Assembly: GCA_050480705.1 (NCBI GenBank)
Contig: JBJHAX010000008.1
Span: 8 to 64,007, forward strand
DNA: 64,000 nucleotides
Direction of reading: 5' to 3'
Origin: Nitriliruptoraceae bacterium
GTDB lineage: Bacteria > Actinomycetota > Nitriliruptoria > Nitriliruptorales > Nitriliruptoraceae
The translations under genes and the position numbers were made by a program. The notes under the pieces are model-generated. The model had not been told where the DNA came from. It searched no databases and saw only the letters and a list, made by a program, of their open reading frames with translations. Positions 9,327 through 18,997 of the stretch are shown here, one piece after another (the stretch's first letter is position 1; each line of letters starts with the position of its first letter).

Positions 9327-9761
9327 ATGGCCGAACGCGTGGAGGACGGCATCCACATCGACGCCCCCGTCGACACGGTGCACGCCGTCATACTCGCCGT
9401 CGAGGACTATCCGTCGTGGGCCAATGGTGTCCGCTCCGTCGACGTTCTCGACCACGACGACGCCGGTCGTGCCGCACAGGCACGTTTCGTGGTCGACACG
9501 CCGTTGGGTCCGGTCGGCTACACCGTCGCCTACACCTATGGCGAGACAGAAGTGAGCTGGCAGCTCGTCGAAGGCGAGATGTTGTCGCGTCTCGACGGTT
9601 CGTATTCGCTGACGGCCCGAGACGGGGGAACGGCTGTCCAGGGAACACTCGACGTCGCGGTCGACCTGCCCGTTCCCGCGTCGGTGACCCGCAAGGCCGC
9701 AATCTCGATCGTCGAACGTGCGCTGGCGAGCCTCAAACAGCGCGTCGAGGCAGCTCCGTGA
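9327..9761 (+). CDS. SRPBCC (START/polyketide cyclase-like) family protein
   Basis: ATG 9327 is preceded by GAGGAGG. The 144-aa product shows ...IHIDAPVDTVHAVILAVEDYPSWANGV..., typical of the N-terminus of SRPBCC ligand-binding proteins. Confidence 0.65.
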   Translation: MAERVEDGIHIDAPVDTVHAVILAVEDYPSWANGVRSVDVLDHDDAGRAAQARFVVDTPLGPVGYTVAYTYGETEVSWQLVEGEMLSRLDGSYSLTARDGGTAVQGTLDVAVDLPVPASVTRKAAISIVERALASLKQRVEAAP

Positions 9762-10096
9762 GCGCGCCGCGCGACGAGGCTGACACGGCCTATTTCACGT
9801 TGCTGCGTGCGCGCGACGAACTGGACCTCCTGCGCCGCTACCGCGACTATCTCGAGGATGAACGCCGCCGGCTCGTCAGGTTCGCCAGCGAAGGTCGGGC
9901 CTTGGCCGACAGTGTCGCTGCAGCGTCCCGACGCGCCCTGCGCCACACCGATGACCCGCTCGACAAGGCGGTCGCGACGCGCCGGGCCGTCATCGATGAC
10001 GAGCTTTCTCGGCTTCCCCAGCGGGAAGCTGCAGCAGCGGCGTTCGTCGACGAGTGCGAACGCCGCCACAGTCAGCTGCGCACACGCGGCACCTAG
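9758..10096 (+). CDS. Hypothetical helical/coiled-coil protein (112 aa)
   Basis: GTG 9758 overlaps the previous stop (GTGA). The charged, heptad-like sequence (LLRARDELDLLRRYRDYLEDERRRLVRF) matches no family I recognise. Confidence 0.45.
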   Translation: MSAPRDEADTAYFTLLRARDELDLLRRYRDYLEDERRRLVRFASEGRALADSVAAASRRALRHTDDPLDKAVATRRAVIDDELSRLPQREAAAAAFVDECERRHSQLRTRGT

Positions 10097-10098
10097 AG

Positions 10099-10380
10099 AT
10101 GTACCGGGACGATCCGCTCGACGACGAGTTCGAACTGCGTGCCATCATCGGTGACCCGGCAGCCGACGCCATCGCGGCCGATCCGTCCGCGCGCGGCATG
10201 GAAGCTGCGCTCGACGTTCTGCGTGTGCTGCAGGGGTGGGCCGACGAGGATGCGATCGCGGCCTGGTTCGTGCGGTCACAGCGTCGGCTCGACCAGCGCA
10301 GCCCCGTCGAAGCACTCGCCGCTGGTGATTACGAAGACGTCGAGGATGCTGCGCGCGCCTGGATCGCGGCACAGGCGTGA
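10099..10380 (+). CDS. DUF2384-like (Xre/MbcA/ParS antitoxin toxin-binding domain-like) protein, no HTH
   Basis: ATG 10099 lies 2 nt after the previous stop. The C-terminal AWFVRSQRRLDQRSPVEALAAGDYEDVEDAARAW fits the W-x7-L-x3-SP-x-E/D-x-L-x2-G-x4-V pattern of DUF2384 as I remember it. Confidence 0.45.
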   Translation: MYRDDPLDDEFELRAIIGDPAADAIAADPSARGMEAALDVLRVLQGWADEDAIAAWFVRSQRRLDQRSPVEALAAGDYEDVEDAARAWIAAQA

Positions 10381-10455
10381 GCATCGCGGCGACCGGCGCC
10401 TGCGGCGACGGGGTACGCTGCTCCGCGCATCCTTCCCACCGAGGTCGTTACGCCC

Positions 10456-10761
10456 ATGCCCAACGGTCACGTCAAGGTCTTCCATCCCGAACACAGCTAC
10501 GGCTTCATCGTCGCATCTGACGGCGTCGAGTTGCACGTCAAGGGTGATGCCGTGCAGGGCGGCGCACTCAGCGCTGGCGACGGGGTCGAGTTCGAGATCG
10601 CGGACTCCGAACGCGGACGGCCCTCGGCAGTCAACGTCAAGGTCGTGCAGAAGGCGCCCGACGACAGTCCGGCCGGGCGCACGATGGCGCCGCCACCGAG
10701 CTGGGAAGAGCTCGAGGACCGCGAACGCCAGCGCCGCATGGCTCGACGTCGGCGGCGCTGA
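10456..10761 (+). CDS. Cold-shock-domain-like protein with Arg-rich C-terminal tail
   Basis: GHVKVFHPEHSYGFIV...VELHVKG...GVEFEI... resembles an OB-fold CSD with degenerate RNP motifs. The tail is ...EDRERQRRMARRRRR. Confidence 0.6.
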   Translation: MPNGHVKVFHPEHSYGFIVASDGVELHVKGDAVQGGALSAGDGVEFEIADSERGRPSAVNVKVVQKAPDDSPAGRTMAPPPSWEELEDRERQRRMARRRRR

Positions 10762-10788
10762 CGCTCCACGGCCACGACGGCTTCGACC

Positions 10789-11085
10789 ATGGCTCCCACG
10801 GCCGCTCCGACGCGGGAACGCGACGAGACGACCGAACACGACCTGGCACCGGACGCTCCCTGGAACGTCATCGTCTGGGACGATCCGGTGAACCTGATGT
10901 CCTACGTCGTCTACGTCTTCCGCAAAGTCTTCGGCTACACCGAGCCGATAGCGCGCAAGCTCATGCTGCAGGTGCACAACGAGGGGCGCGCGCTGGTCGC
11001 GACCGAACCGCGGGAACGTGCGGAGATGTACGTCGGTCAACTCCATGCGCACGGGCTGCATGCGACGATGCAGCGTGATTCGTGA
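10789..11085 (+). CDS. clpS: ATP-dependent Clp protease adaptor ClpS
   Basis: [26 protein letters not shown]...[14 protein letters not shown] is the canonical ClpS core. Confidence 0.9.
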   Translation: MAPTAAPTRERDETTEHDLAPDAPWNVIVWDDPVNLMSYVVYVFRKVFGYTEPIARKLMLQVHNEGRALVATEPRERAEMYVGQLHAHGLHATMQRDS

Positions 11086-11588
11086 GCCGGCACGTCCGGC
11101 GGACCGCACGCGGGATCCAGCTCGTCCTCGACCCGATGGAAGTCGACCTGTTGCGCACGTTGCGCCAAGGCCTCGACGAGGCGCTCACATCGCCGAGCTC
11201 GTCGGATCCGGTCGTCCAACGCCTGTTTCCCAGCGCCGTCGACGGTGACGAACAGACCGACGAGGAGGTCCGTGACCTTCTGCGCGATGACCTGCTCGCC
11301 CAGCGCCGGCACGGACTCGACGCGTTGGACACCCTGCTCGACCGCGGAGCACGCCACCGTGGCCAGATCCGTTTCGATCTGCGCGACGACGAGCCCCATC
11401 TCGTGCTCGGAGTCCTCAACGACGTGCGTCTCGCGCTGGGCGCACGCATCGGCATCGAAGACCTGGACCGTGCGTCGGTCGAGGAGGACGACCCGCTGGC
11501 GGCGCGGCTCGCGATAATCGACCACCTGGCCTGGATCCAGGAGCAACTCATCGCAGCCATCGACCCCGAAGCCGTGGGCGAGCCGTAG
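11082..11588 (+). CDS. DUF2017 domain protein (conserved actinobacterial ClpS neighbour)
   Basis: GTG 11082 overlaps the clpS stop. The acidic 168-aa protein contains ...[23 protein letters not shown]...[11 protein letters not shown]. Its position directly after clpS matches the DUF2017 context. Confidence 0.6.
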   Translation: MSRHVRRTARGIQLVLDPMEVDLLRTLRQGLDEALTSPSSSDPVVQRLFPSAVDGDEQTDEEVRDLLRDDLLAQRRHGLDALDTLLDRGARHRGQIRFDLRDDEPHLVLGVLNDVRLALGARIGIEDLDRASVEEDDPLAARLAIIDHLAWIQEQLIAAIDPEAVGEP

Positions 11589-11601
11589 GCGTCGCCGTTG
11601 G

Positions 11602-13269
11602 TCAGCTGGCTGACGAACGCAACAATGCGAGCGCATCGGGCACGCGTCGCATCCGGGTGACCGCGAGATAGACGGCGCCCATCGCGGCGAGCGTCACGAT
11701 TCCCGTCTGGCGTGGGCTGAAGGCGAACATTCCGGCAGTGGCGCGTGTCGCCATGCCAGCCACCGCGCAGAAGGTTGCGGCCAGCAGCAGGGCGTTTCGA
11801 TGTGACCCGAACAGGCGGGGTGTACCGAACGAACCGCGCACACGGCGGCGCAGGAGCACGACCTCGAGCCAGGCTCCTGCGCCCGCTCCGAACGCCAGAC
11901 CTGCAGCTCCCATACGCATCAGATTGTCGGGGCCGATCCGGTCGACGGGCGCTGCGACGCCGAAGCCGACCTCACCGACGATCTCGAAGCCCGTCTGTGC
12001 GGCGCGAACCGCGTCCAGGGGCATCATGAGCGTGATCCCGACCAACGCAGCCACGGCGACGCGCACGAGCGCGTACGTCGCCGGGGACCGTGCATCGCCG
12101 ACCCCGTAGAGAACCGACTGCAGCAGCCGCGAACCAGCACTCGCTGGAAGGGCCAGGCCGTACACAGCCAGGATGGTCCCGACCTGCACGACCGCGTCGG
12201 CGTCGAAACGCCCGCCCGCGAAAACGGTCGCGACCACCAGGTCGCCGGCGACGACGAAGGCCACGGTTGCGGGCACCACGAAGAAGGCGACACGTCCAAG
12301 GCCTGCGTCGAGGCGTGCGAGCACGTCGCCACGCTGGGTCGTGTTCATGGTCGACAGGGCGGGAAGTTCGGATGCGGCGACACTCATTCCGAACAGTGCG
12401 ACGGGCAGCAGGTAGAGGACCTGTGCGTAGCCCAGCGCTGCAACGGCACCGAAGGCGAGCAGCGAGGCGGCGAAGAGGTCGACATACGCTGACAGTTGCA
12501 CCCCGCCACGTCCGGTGAGGACCTGACCGAATCGACGTACGACGTCACCGACACCCGGTGTGTGCAGCGCAAGGCTCAGGTGAAGGCCACGCGTCAGCCG
12601 CAGCACCGTGGGCAGCTGCACGGCGAACTGCAGGACCGAGCCGACCAACGCCCCCCATGCCATCGCGACGGCCAGGTCGGCCACGGCGACGGTGACCAGG
12701 GCCGCAGTGACGAGCGCAGCGATGATCGCGACGTTCCACAGCGCGGGCGCGACGTAGGCGAGAAAGAACCGCCGGTGCGAGTTGAGGATTGCCAGGCACC
12801 ACGCTGACAGCACGAGCAGCCCGACACCCGGGGTGACGATACGAACCAGCGTGACCGTCAACTCGAAACGCTGCGTTCCGGGAACGAAACCCCACGCGAG
12901 GACACGCGTGATCGGTTCGGCGAACGTCACGGTGAGTGCCACCACCAGCGAGACCACGACGAGCAGCAGGCCCGCGATGGCGCCTGCGAGGCGTCCGGCA
13001 TCCTCGGGGCGCCGTTCGGCGAGCAGCTTGCTGTACACGGGCACGAACGCCGCGGAGAGGACACCTTCGCCGAGAAGATTCTGCAGGAGGTTGGGGACCC
13101 GCAGCGCGGCCCGGAACGCTTCGGCTCCGACACCGGTGCCCAGCCAGCGTGCGGTTGCGATCTCGCGCACCAGGCCCATCGTGCGCGACAGGAAGATCCC
13201 GGCGGCGACCGCGGACGAACCCCGTCGCAGCTCGGCGCCTGGATCGCTCCCTGCGTCGGAATCGCTCAC
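11602..13269 (-). CDS. murJ: Lipid II flippase MurJ (MviN)
   Basis: Taken from ORF 11602..13401, with the start placed at GTG 13269. Contains LSRTMGLVREIATARWLGTGVGAEAFRAALRVPNLLQNLLGEGVLSAAFVPVYS and about 14 hydrophobic segments. Confidence 0.88.
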   Translation of the reverse strand: MSDSDAGSDPGAELRRGSSAVAAGIFLSRTMGLVREIATARWLGTGVGAEAFRAALRVPNLLQNLLGEGVLSAAFVPVYSKLLAERRPEDAGRLAGAIAGLLLVVVSLVVALTVTFAEPITRVLAWGFVPGTQRFELTVTLVRIVTPGVGLLVLSAWCLAILNSHRRFFLAYVAPALWNVAIIAALVTAALVTVAVADLAVAMAWGALVGSVLQFAVQLPTVLRLTRGLHLSLALHTPGVGDVVRRFGQVLTGRGGVQLSAYVDLFAASLLAFGAVAALGYAQVLYLLPVALFGMSVAASELPALSTMNTTQRGDVLARLDAGLGRVAFFVVPATVAFVVAGDLVVATVFAGGRFDADAVVQVGTILAVYGLALPASAGSRLLQSVLYGVGDARSPATYALVRVAVAALVGITLMMPLDAVRAAQTGFEIVGEVGFGVAAPVDRIGPDNLMRMGAAGLAFGAGAGAWLEVVLLRRRVRGSFGTPRLFGSHRNALLLAATFCAVAGMATRATAGMFAFSPRQTGIVTLAAMGAVYLAVTRMRRVPDALALLRSSAS

Positions 13270-13304
13270 CAGCGGCCTCGACGGGGGTGTGGACGTCGCG
13301 GAGC

Positions 13305-14180
13305 CTACTGGCCGGTTCCTGTCGCTGTGAAGCGGTCCACGAGCCGTTGCACGCCGATCTCGCGTGCCCAGTCGACGCTGTCGTCGCCCACGCCGGTCCA
13401 ACGCAGGTCATCGAGCGTCTCTTCGAGCACGACGTCGGTGCGAAGCGTCGCCAGCTCGCGATACAACAGCGCATCCTCGCGGTGTTCGCTCAGTGTGGCG
13501 GCTGCGCGCGCGGCGCCCCGGACGTCGACGTCCCAGGCGCCGGGGTCCGCAGGTATGTCGTCGAGATGGTGGTAGCGCGTCAGCAGCGCGGAGGCCGTGG
13601 TTGCTCCGATGCCCGGCACACCCGGGATGCCGTCGGCGCTGTCGCCGACGAGCGCGAGCAGGTCGGGCACCGAGGCCGGTGGCACGCCCAGTCGGGCGAC
13701 GACACCGTCGGCGTCGAACTCGCGTTCGCGGGCCCGGTCGACCTGGACGACCCGCCGGCCCCGCACCACCTGGCCGAGGTCCTTGTCGGGGGTGAAGACG
13801 CGGACCTGGTCGACGTCGTCGGCAAAGCGGGCAGCGGCGCTAGCCAACGCGTCGTCGGCCTCGAACTCATCCATCGACCAGACGGTCATCCGGAGTGCGC
13901 GCACGGCCTGTTCGACCCGATCGAACTGTGCGAGCAGTGCCTTGTCGACGCCCGAGGAGTCCTTGTAGCCGGCGAACATGCGGTTGCGGAAGCTCTCGAT
14001 CGGATTGTCGAACGCGACCGCGATATGGCTGACCTGCTCGTGGGCGCACAATGCGAGCAGCGAGTCCACGAGGCCCACCGTCGCTTTGACGTCATGGCCG
14101 TCCGGGTCGAGACGGGACGGCCGCCGCGAATGATGCGCACGGAACAGCTCGTAGGTTCCGTCGATGAGGTGCACACGCAC
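13305..14180 (-). CDS. 5'-3' exonuclease (FEN / Pol I N-terminal-domain-like)
   Basis: The start is placed at GTG 14180 (alternative 14174). Contains HLIDGTYELFR, AFD...FR...YK, EADD, and a helix-hairpin-helix region LVGDSADGIPGVPGIG. Confidence 0.85.
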   Translation of the reverse strand: MRVHLIDGTYELFRAHHSRRPSRLDPDGHDVKATVGLVDSLLALCAHEQVSHIAVAFDNPIESFRNRMFAGYKDSSGVDKALLAQFDRVEQAVRALRMTVWSMDEFEADDALASAAARFADDVDQVRVFTPDKDLGQVVRGRRVVQVDRAREREFDADGVVARLGVPPASVPDLLALVGDSADGIPGVPGIGATTASALLTRYHHLDDIPADPGAWDVDVRGAARAAATLSEHREDALLYRELATLRTDVVLEETLDDLRWTGVGDDSVDWAREIGVQRLVDRFTATGTGQ

Positions 14181-14257
14181 GTGTTGGAGCCTCGAGACGA
14201 GTGCAGGGACGATAGCGCCGGTGGATGTGGGCGCGTAGGGTCCATTGCGGAGGATGC

Positions 14258-15034
14258 ATGGTCCACGAGTCGGTGTCGACGCCATCGCCTGTGTCGAGCG
14301 CCATCCCGGCGGTCGAGCGGATCCTCGCACGCGCACCGCGTCCGGTGCCCGCACCCGTCTGGCTCATGCCCGATCCCCAGACGGCCGACGAGGATGGGGT
14401 CGTCGGCGTCGGCGCGGATCTCACCCCCGCCACACTGGTCGACGCGTACCGCCGCGGCATCTTTCCCTGGCCCCATCGGGGCATGCCGCTGCCATGGTTC
14501 TCACCCGACCCGCGGGGCGTGATCGACGTCGACGGCGTGCATGTTTCGCGCAGCCTCGCGCGGCATCTCGCCAGGTGTGGTTGGACAACCACGATTGACC
14601 GCGCTTTCGCCGACGTCGTCGACGGCTGTGCGCACAGGCCCGGCGAGGACGGGACCTGGATAACGCCGGAGATGCGCCGTGCGTACGGACGTCTTGCCCG
14701 GCTCGGGTGGGCTCACAGCCTCGAGGTGTGGGAGGGCGGAGAACTCGTGGGAGGCATCTACGGCGTCCAGGTCGGTGCAGTGTTCACCGGCGAGTCGATG
14801 TTCCATCGCCGTGCCGACGCCTCGAAGGTCGCGCTCGTCGATCTCGCGTCACGGTTCGGCGAGGCGGGTGGCCGCCTCATCGACGTGCAGATCACCACAC
14901 CCCACCTTTCGTCGATGGGAGCGCGTGACCTGCCGCGCGCGAGGTTCCTCCAGGCGCTGTCGGCGGCCAGCCGCAGCGATGTGCGCATGCGTGCCGACGA
15001 ACTGCACGTCGCCAGGATCCCGTTGGGAGGATGA
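14258..15034 (+). CDS. aat: Leucyl/phenylalanyl-tRNA--protein transferase
   Basis: AYRRGIFPW...PWFSPDPRGV...WITPEMRRAY..L...GWAHSLEVW..GELVGGIYGV..G..F.GESMFHR..DASKVAL are canonical L/F-transferase motifs. An alternative ATG lies at 14225. Confidence 0.88.
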   Translation: MVHESVSTPSPVSSAIPAVERILARAPRPVPAPVWLMPDPQTADEDGVVGVGADLTPATLVDAYRRGIFPWPHRGMPLPWFSPDPRGVIDVDGVHVSRSLARHLARCGWTTTIDRAFADVVDGCAHRPGEDGTWITPEMRRAYGRLARLGWAHSLEVWEGGELVGGIYGVQVGAVFTGESMFHRRADASKVALVDLASRFGEAGGRLIDVQITTPHLSSMGARDLPRARFLQALSAASRSDVRMRADELHVARIPLGG

Positions 15035-15185
15035 ACGGCGTCCACGTGGCGCGCGGGCGTCGCGTGCGGCACACTTCGAGGCACGGGACGCCGAGTCCGG
15101 CCCATCCCTCCTACGGCGACAGCGTGCGCACCTTCGTGCGCTGGATGGAATCGTCGGTGTCGCCACAGCATCAACGGAGTGAAGC

Positions 15186-16493
<1,308 letters not shown>

Positions 16494-16497
16494 GCGC

Positions 16498-16516
16498 CCG
16501 GGCCAGACCTGCCCGG
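16498..16516 (+). terminator. Possible terminator hairpin after ahcY (no U-tract)
   Basis: A CCGGGC-cagacct-GCCCGG stem-loop (6 bp GC stem) lies just downstream of the ahcY stop. Confidence 0.25.
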
Positions 16517-16662
16517 AATGTAGGCCGCACGACCGCACTTTCGCACGTGGACGATGTCGCGTAGCGTGGTAGGTGTTGGCAGTGTGTGCCGGATCGACGT
16601 GTGTGTTGAAGATGTGTCCGGCTGCTGCCGATACGTACGGTGAGGCCGACGAGGAGCCCCGT

Positions 16663-17619
16663 GTGGTCAGATCGCCGCGCACCCTGATGGTGCTGGGCGT
16701 TCTCCTGCTGTCCGCAGTGGTGCTGGCGGGCAACGGTCTGCTGTCGAGTTCGCGTGCGTCCGCCCAGCAGGCCGGAGGTGACGCGACGGCGTCACCGGCA
16801 CGTATCGAAGAACTGCTAGAACGTCTCGACGAACTCGAACGTGTTCTGCCCGACAGCATCCTGCCGGTGTCGTTCTCGTACGATCGCCCGCTCGGAAACG
16901 CCACTGCCGGCGGTGACGCGCTCGAATTGCGCCGCCGGCTCGACCCCCTCGAGCAGGAGCTCCGTGACCTGTACGCGGCTGCCGACGACACGCGCCATCC
17001 GACCGCGGCGGCGATCGCGAAGGTCGCACGCGGCTGGCTCGACGTGTGGCAGGCCTCGCGCCTGCTCGCCGACGTCGAGTCGCACGACCTGGCGTTCCCG
17101 ACCGACACCCGCACGCTCGACGGTGTTGCGACCGGCGCTGACGACGTGGTCCTGCTCGTCGAGTCAGCGATCGACCTCGTGCTCGACGGCCATCGCAGGC
17201 ACCTGGAGGGCTACGTCGAGTTGCGCCGTGCCGGCGACTCGACACCTGCCGGCCAGGCCCGCCTGGACAGCAGGGCCGCGGCCTCCGAGGACTTCGATGC
17301 GGACATACGCCCGCAACTGCTCGCGCTGCTGTCGAGACCATCGACGAGCGTGATCGCGACGTCTGACCGGTTCACCACCACCCAGCCGGGCGTGGCGCCA
17401 CGTGCGTCCTCGCTCGAAGTCGTGTGCGTGGACCGTGACGCGCTGGCGCGTGCCGGTGGAACGCTCACCGACGAGTTGCGCGACGAACTGGCTTCCACGA
17501 CCCGCGAGCGTGCCGACTGCCCGGACCCGATCGATGTCGACGATCCGGCTCACGCCATCGACGACGATGCGGACACCGACGAGGACGACGCGTCCGACGA
17601 CGAGGACGCGCAAGACTGA
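16663..17619 (+). CDS. Hypothetical secreted or membrane-anchored protein with poly-acidic C-terminus
   Basis: GTG 16663 lies 6 nt after GAGGAG. There is an N-terminal hydrophobic segment (TLMVLGVLLLSAVVLAG), a helical body and the tail DDDADTDEDDASDDEDAQD. No family recognised. Confidence 0.5.
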   Translation: MVRSPRTLMVLGVLLLSAVVLAGNGLLSSSRASAQQAGGDATASPARIEELLERLDELERVLPDSILPVSFSYDRPLGNATAGGDALELRRRLDPLEQELRDLYAAADDTRHPTAAAIAKVARGWLDVWQASRLLADVESHDLAFPTDTRTLDGVATGADDVVLLVESAIDLVLDGHRRHLEGYVELRRAGDSTPAGQARLDSRAAASEDFDADIRPQLLALLSRPSTSVIATSDRFTTTQPGVAPRASSLEVVCVDRDALARAGGTLTDELRDELASTTRERADCPDPIDVDDPAHAIDDDADTDEDDASDDEDAQD

Positions 17620-17635
17620 CCGGCGGGCCCGGCAG

Positions 17636-18826
17636 TCAGCCTTCCAGCACCGCCCTGATGCGGCCGATCCCTTCGGTGAGATCGTCGTCGGCCATCGCGT
17701 AGGAGATCCGCGCGTAGCCGGGCGCACCGAAGCCTTCCCCGGGGACCAACGCGACCTGGCCCTGCTCGAGAAGCACCTCGGCGAGGTCCAGGGTCGTGGT
17801 GACGCGGCGACCCGCGATCGTGCGCCCGAGGTGCGCCTGGAACGACGGGAAGACGTAGAAGGCTCCGCCCGGCTCGACGACGTCGACGCCTTCGATGGCG
17901 CCCAGCGCGTCGACGGCGAGCCGCCGCCGCCGGTCGAACGCTCCACGCATCTCGTTCACGCTGTCCTGCGGCCCGGTGAGTGCCTCGAGTGCGGCTGCCT
18001 GGGCGACATTGGCGACGTTGGAGGTCAGATGGCTCTGGAGACGGTTGATCCCGGACGCCATTTCGCGTGGGCTGATCGTCCAGCCAACGCGCCAGCCGGT
18101 CATCGCGTAACTCTTGGCCACACCGTCGGCCACGACCACACGGTCACGGGCCTCCGGGACCAATGCCGCCATCGATGCGAACGACGCGTCACCGTAGACC
18201 AGCTCCGAGTAGATCTCGTCGGTGATCACCCACAGGCCGTGGGTGTGTGCCCAGCGGCCGATCTCGGCGATCTCGTCGGGGTCGTAGACAGCGCCGGTCG
18301 GATTGGACGGTGACACGAACACCAGGCCGGTGGTGCGTTGTGTCCGTTGGGCTTCGAGTTGGTCCACTGACGCCCGAAAGCCCGTCGAGGTATCGGTGGG
18401 CACGGCCACCGGCACGCCACCACACAACCGGATCTGCTCCGGGTAGCTGACCCAGTACGGCGCGGGAACGAGGATCTCGTCGCCGGGGGCGACGAGCGCC
18501 ATGAAGGCGTTGTACAACGCGTGCTTGCCGCCGTTCGCCACGACGACCTGATCGGCGCCGACGTCGATGCCGCTGATCCGCCCCGCCCGCTGTGCGATGG
18601 CCTCCCTGAGCGCGCCAAGCCCTGCAGTGGGGGAGTAGCGATGGTTGCTGGGATCTGCTGCAGCGCGTTGGGCGGCTGCGACGACGTTGTCGGGGGTGGG
18701 GAAGTCGGGTTCGCCCGCGCCGAACCCGATCACCGGGAGGCCTTGTGCCCTCAGCGCCTTCGCCCGCGCGGTGATGGCCAGGGTCGGTGATTCCTCGATT
18801 GCGTCGATGCGGGATGTGAGCGTCAC
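17636..18826 (-). CDS. Pyridoxal-phosphate-dependent aminotransferase, class I (aspartate aminotransferase-like)
   Basis: The start is placed at GTG 18826. Contains GFGAGEPDFPTP, ...NPTGAVY..., and the PLP lysine context VADGVAKSYAMTGWRVGW. Confidence 0.88.
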   Translation of the reverse strand: MTLTSRIDAIEESPTLAITARAKALRAQGLPVIGFGAGEPDFPTPDNVVAAAQRAAADPSNHRYSPTAGLGALREAIAQRAGRISGIDVGADQVVVANGGKHALYNAFMALVAPGDEILVPAPYWVSYPEQIRLCGGVPVAVPTDTSTGFRASVDQLEAQRTQRTTGLVFVSPSNPTGAVYDPDEIAEIGRWAHTHGLWVITDEIYSELVYGDASFASMAALVPEARDRVVVADGVAKSYAMTGWRVGWTISPREMASGINRLQSHLTSNVANVAQAAALEALTGPQDSVNEMRGAFDRRRRLAVDALGAIEGVDVVEPGGAFYVFPSFQAHLGRTIAGRRVTTTLDLAEVLLEQGQVALVPGEGFGAPGYARISYAMADDDLTEGIGRIRAVLEG

Positions 18827-18997
18827 GAAGCAGCCTTGGTCGAAGCAGGTGTCGTCATGGTGGGCCCGGCCGGCGCAATCGTAACGCCGATCGTTTCGCT
18901 GCCCGTCGTGCATGACCGCACGCGTACGATCACCGAGCAGTGGCGTCGAGCAGTCTGGAATGTTTGACTCCCGCTTCGCGACTCGACGGAGGTGAAC

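Noticed and set aside
7967-9391. 474-aa minus-strand ORF covering the nuclease gene. Similar long ORFs occur at 2590-3807(-), 4874-6667(-), 15171-17114(-), 36610-38166(-), 43505-45310(+) and 61358-62005(-).
   Set aside because: They run antisense or out of frame to genes with clear family motifs. Their translations are Arg/Pro/Gly-rich low-complexity strings typical of shadow frames in very GC-rich DNA. No motifs were recognised.
10099-10761. A complete RES-Xre (MbcT/MbcA-like) toxin-antitoxin module.
   Set aside because: No RES-domain ORF is adjacent. The downstream gene is a cold-shock-domain-like protein, and the DUF2384-like protein lacks an HTH. Only the weaker 'orphan antitoxin-like domain' observation is retained.
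15035-15185. Possible SAH riboswitch upstream of ahcY.
   Set aside because: I could not find the conserved SAH-element segments (AGGAGCGCUGC... / ...GCGCUCAC pairing) in either orientation. Only a short GCGCAC-cttc-GTGCGC hairpin is present. A cmsearch with the Rfam SAH_riboswitch model would settle it.
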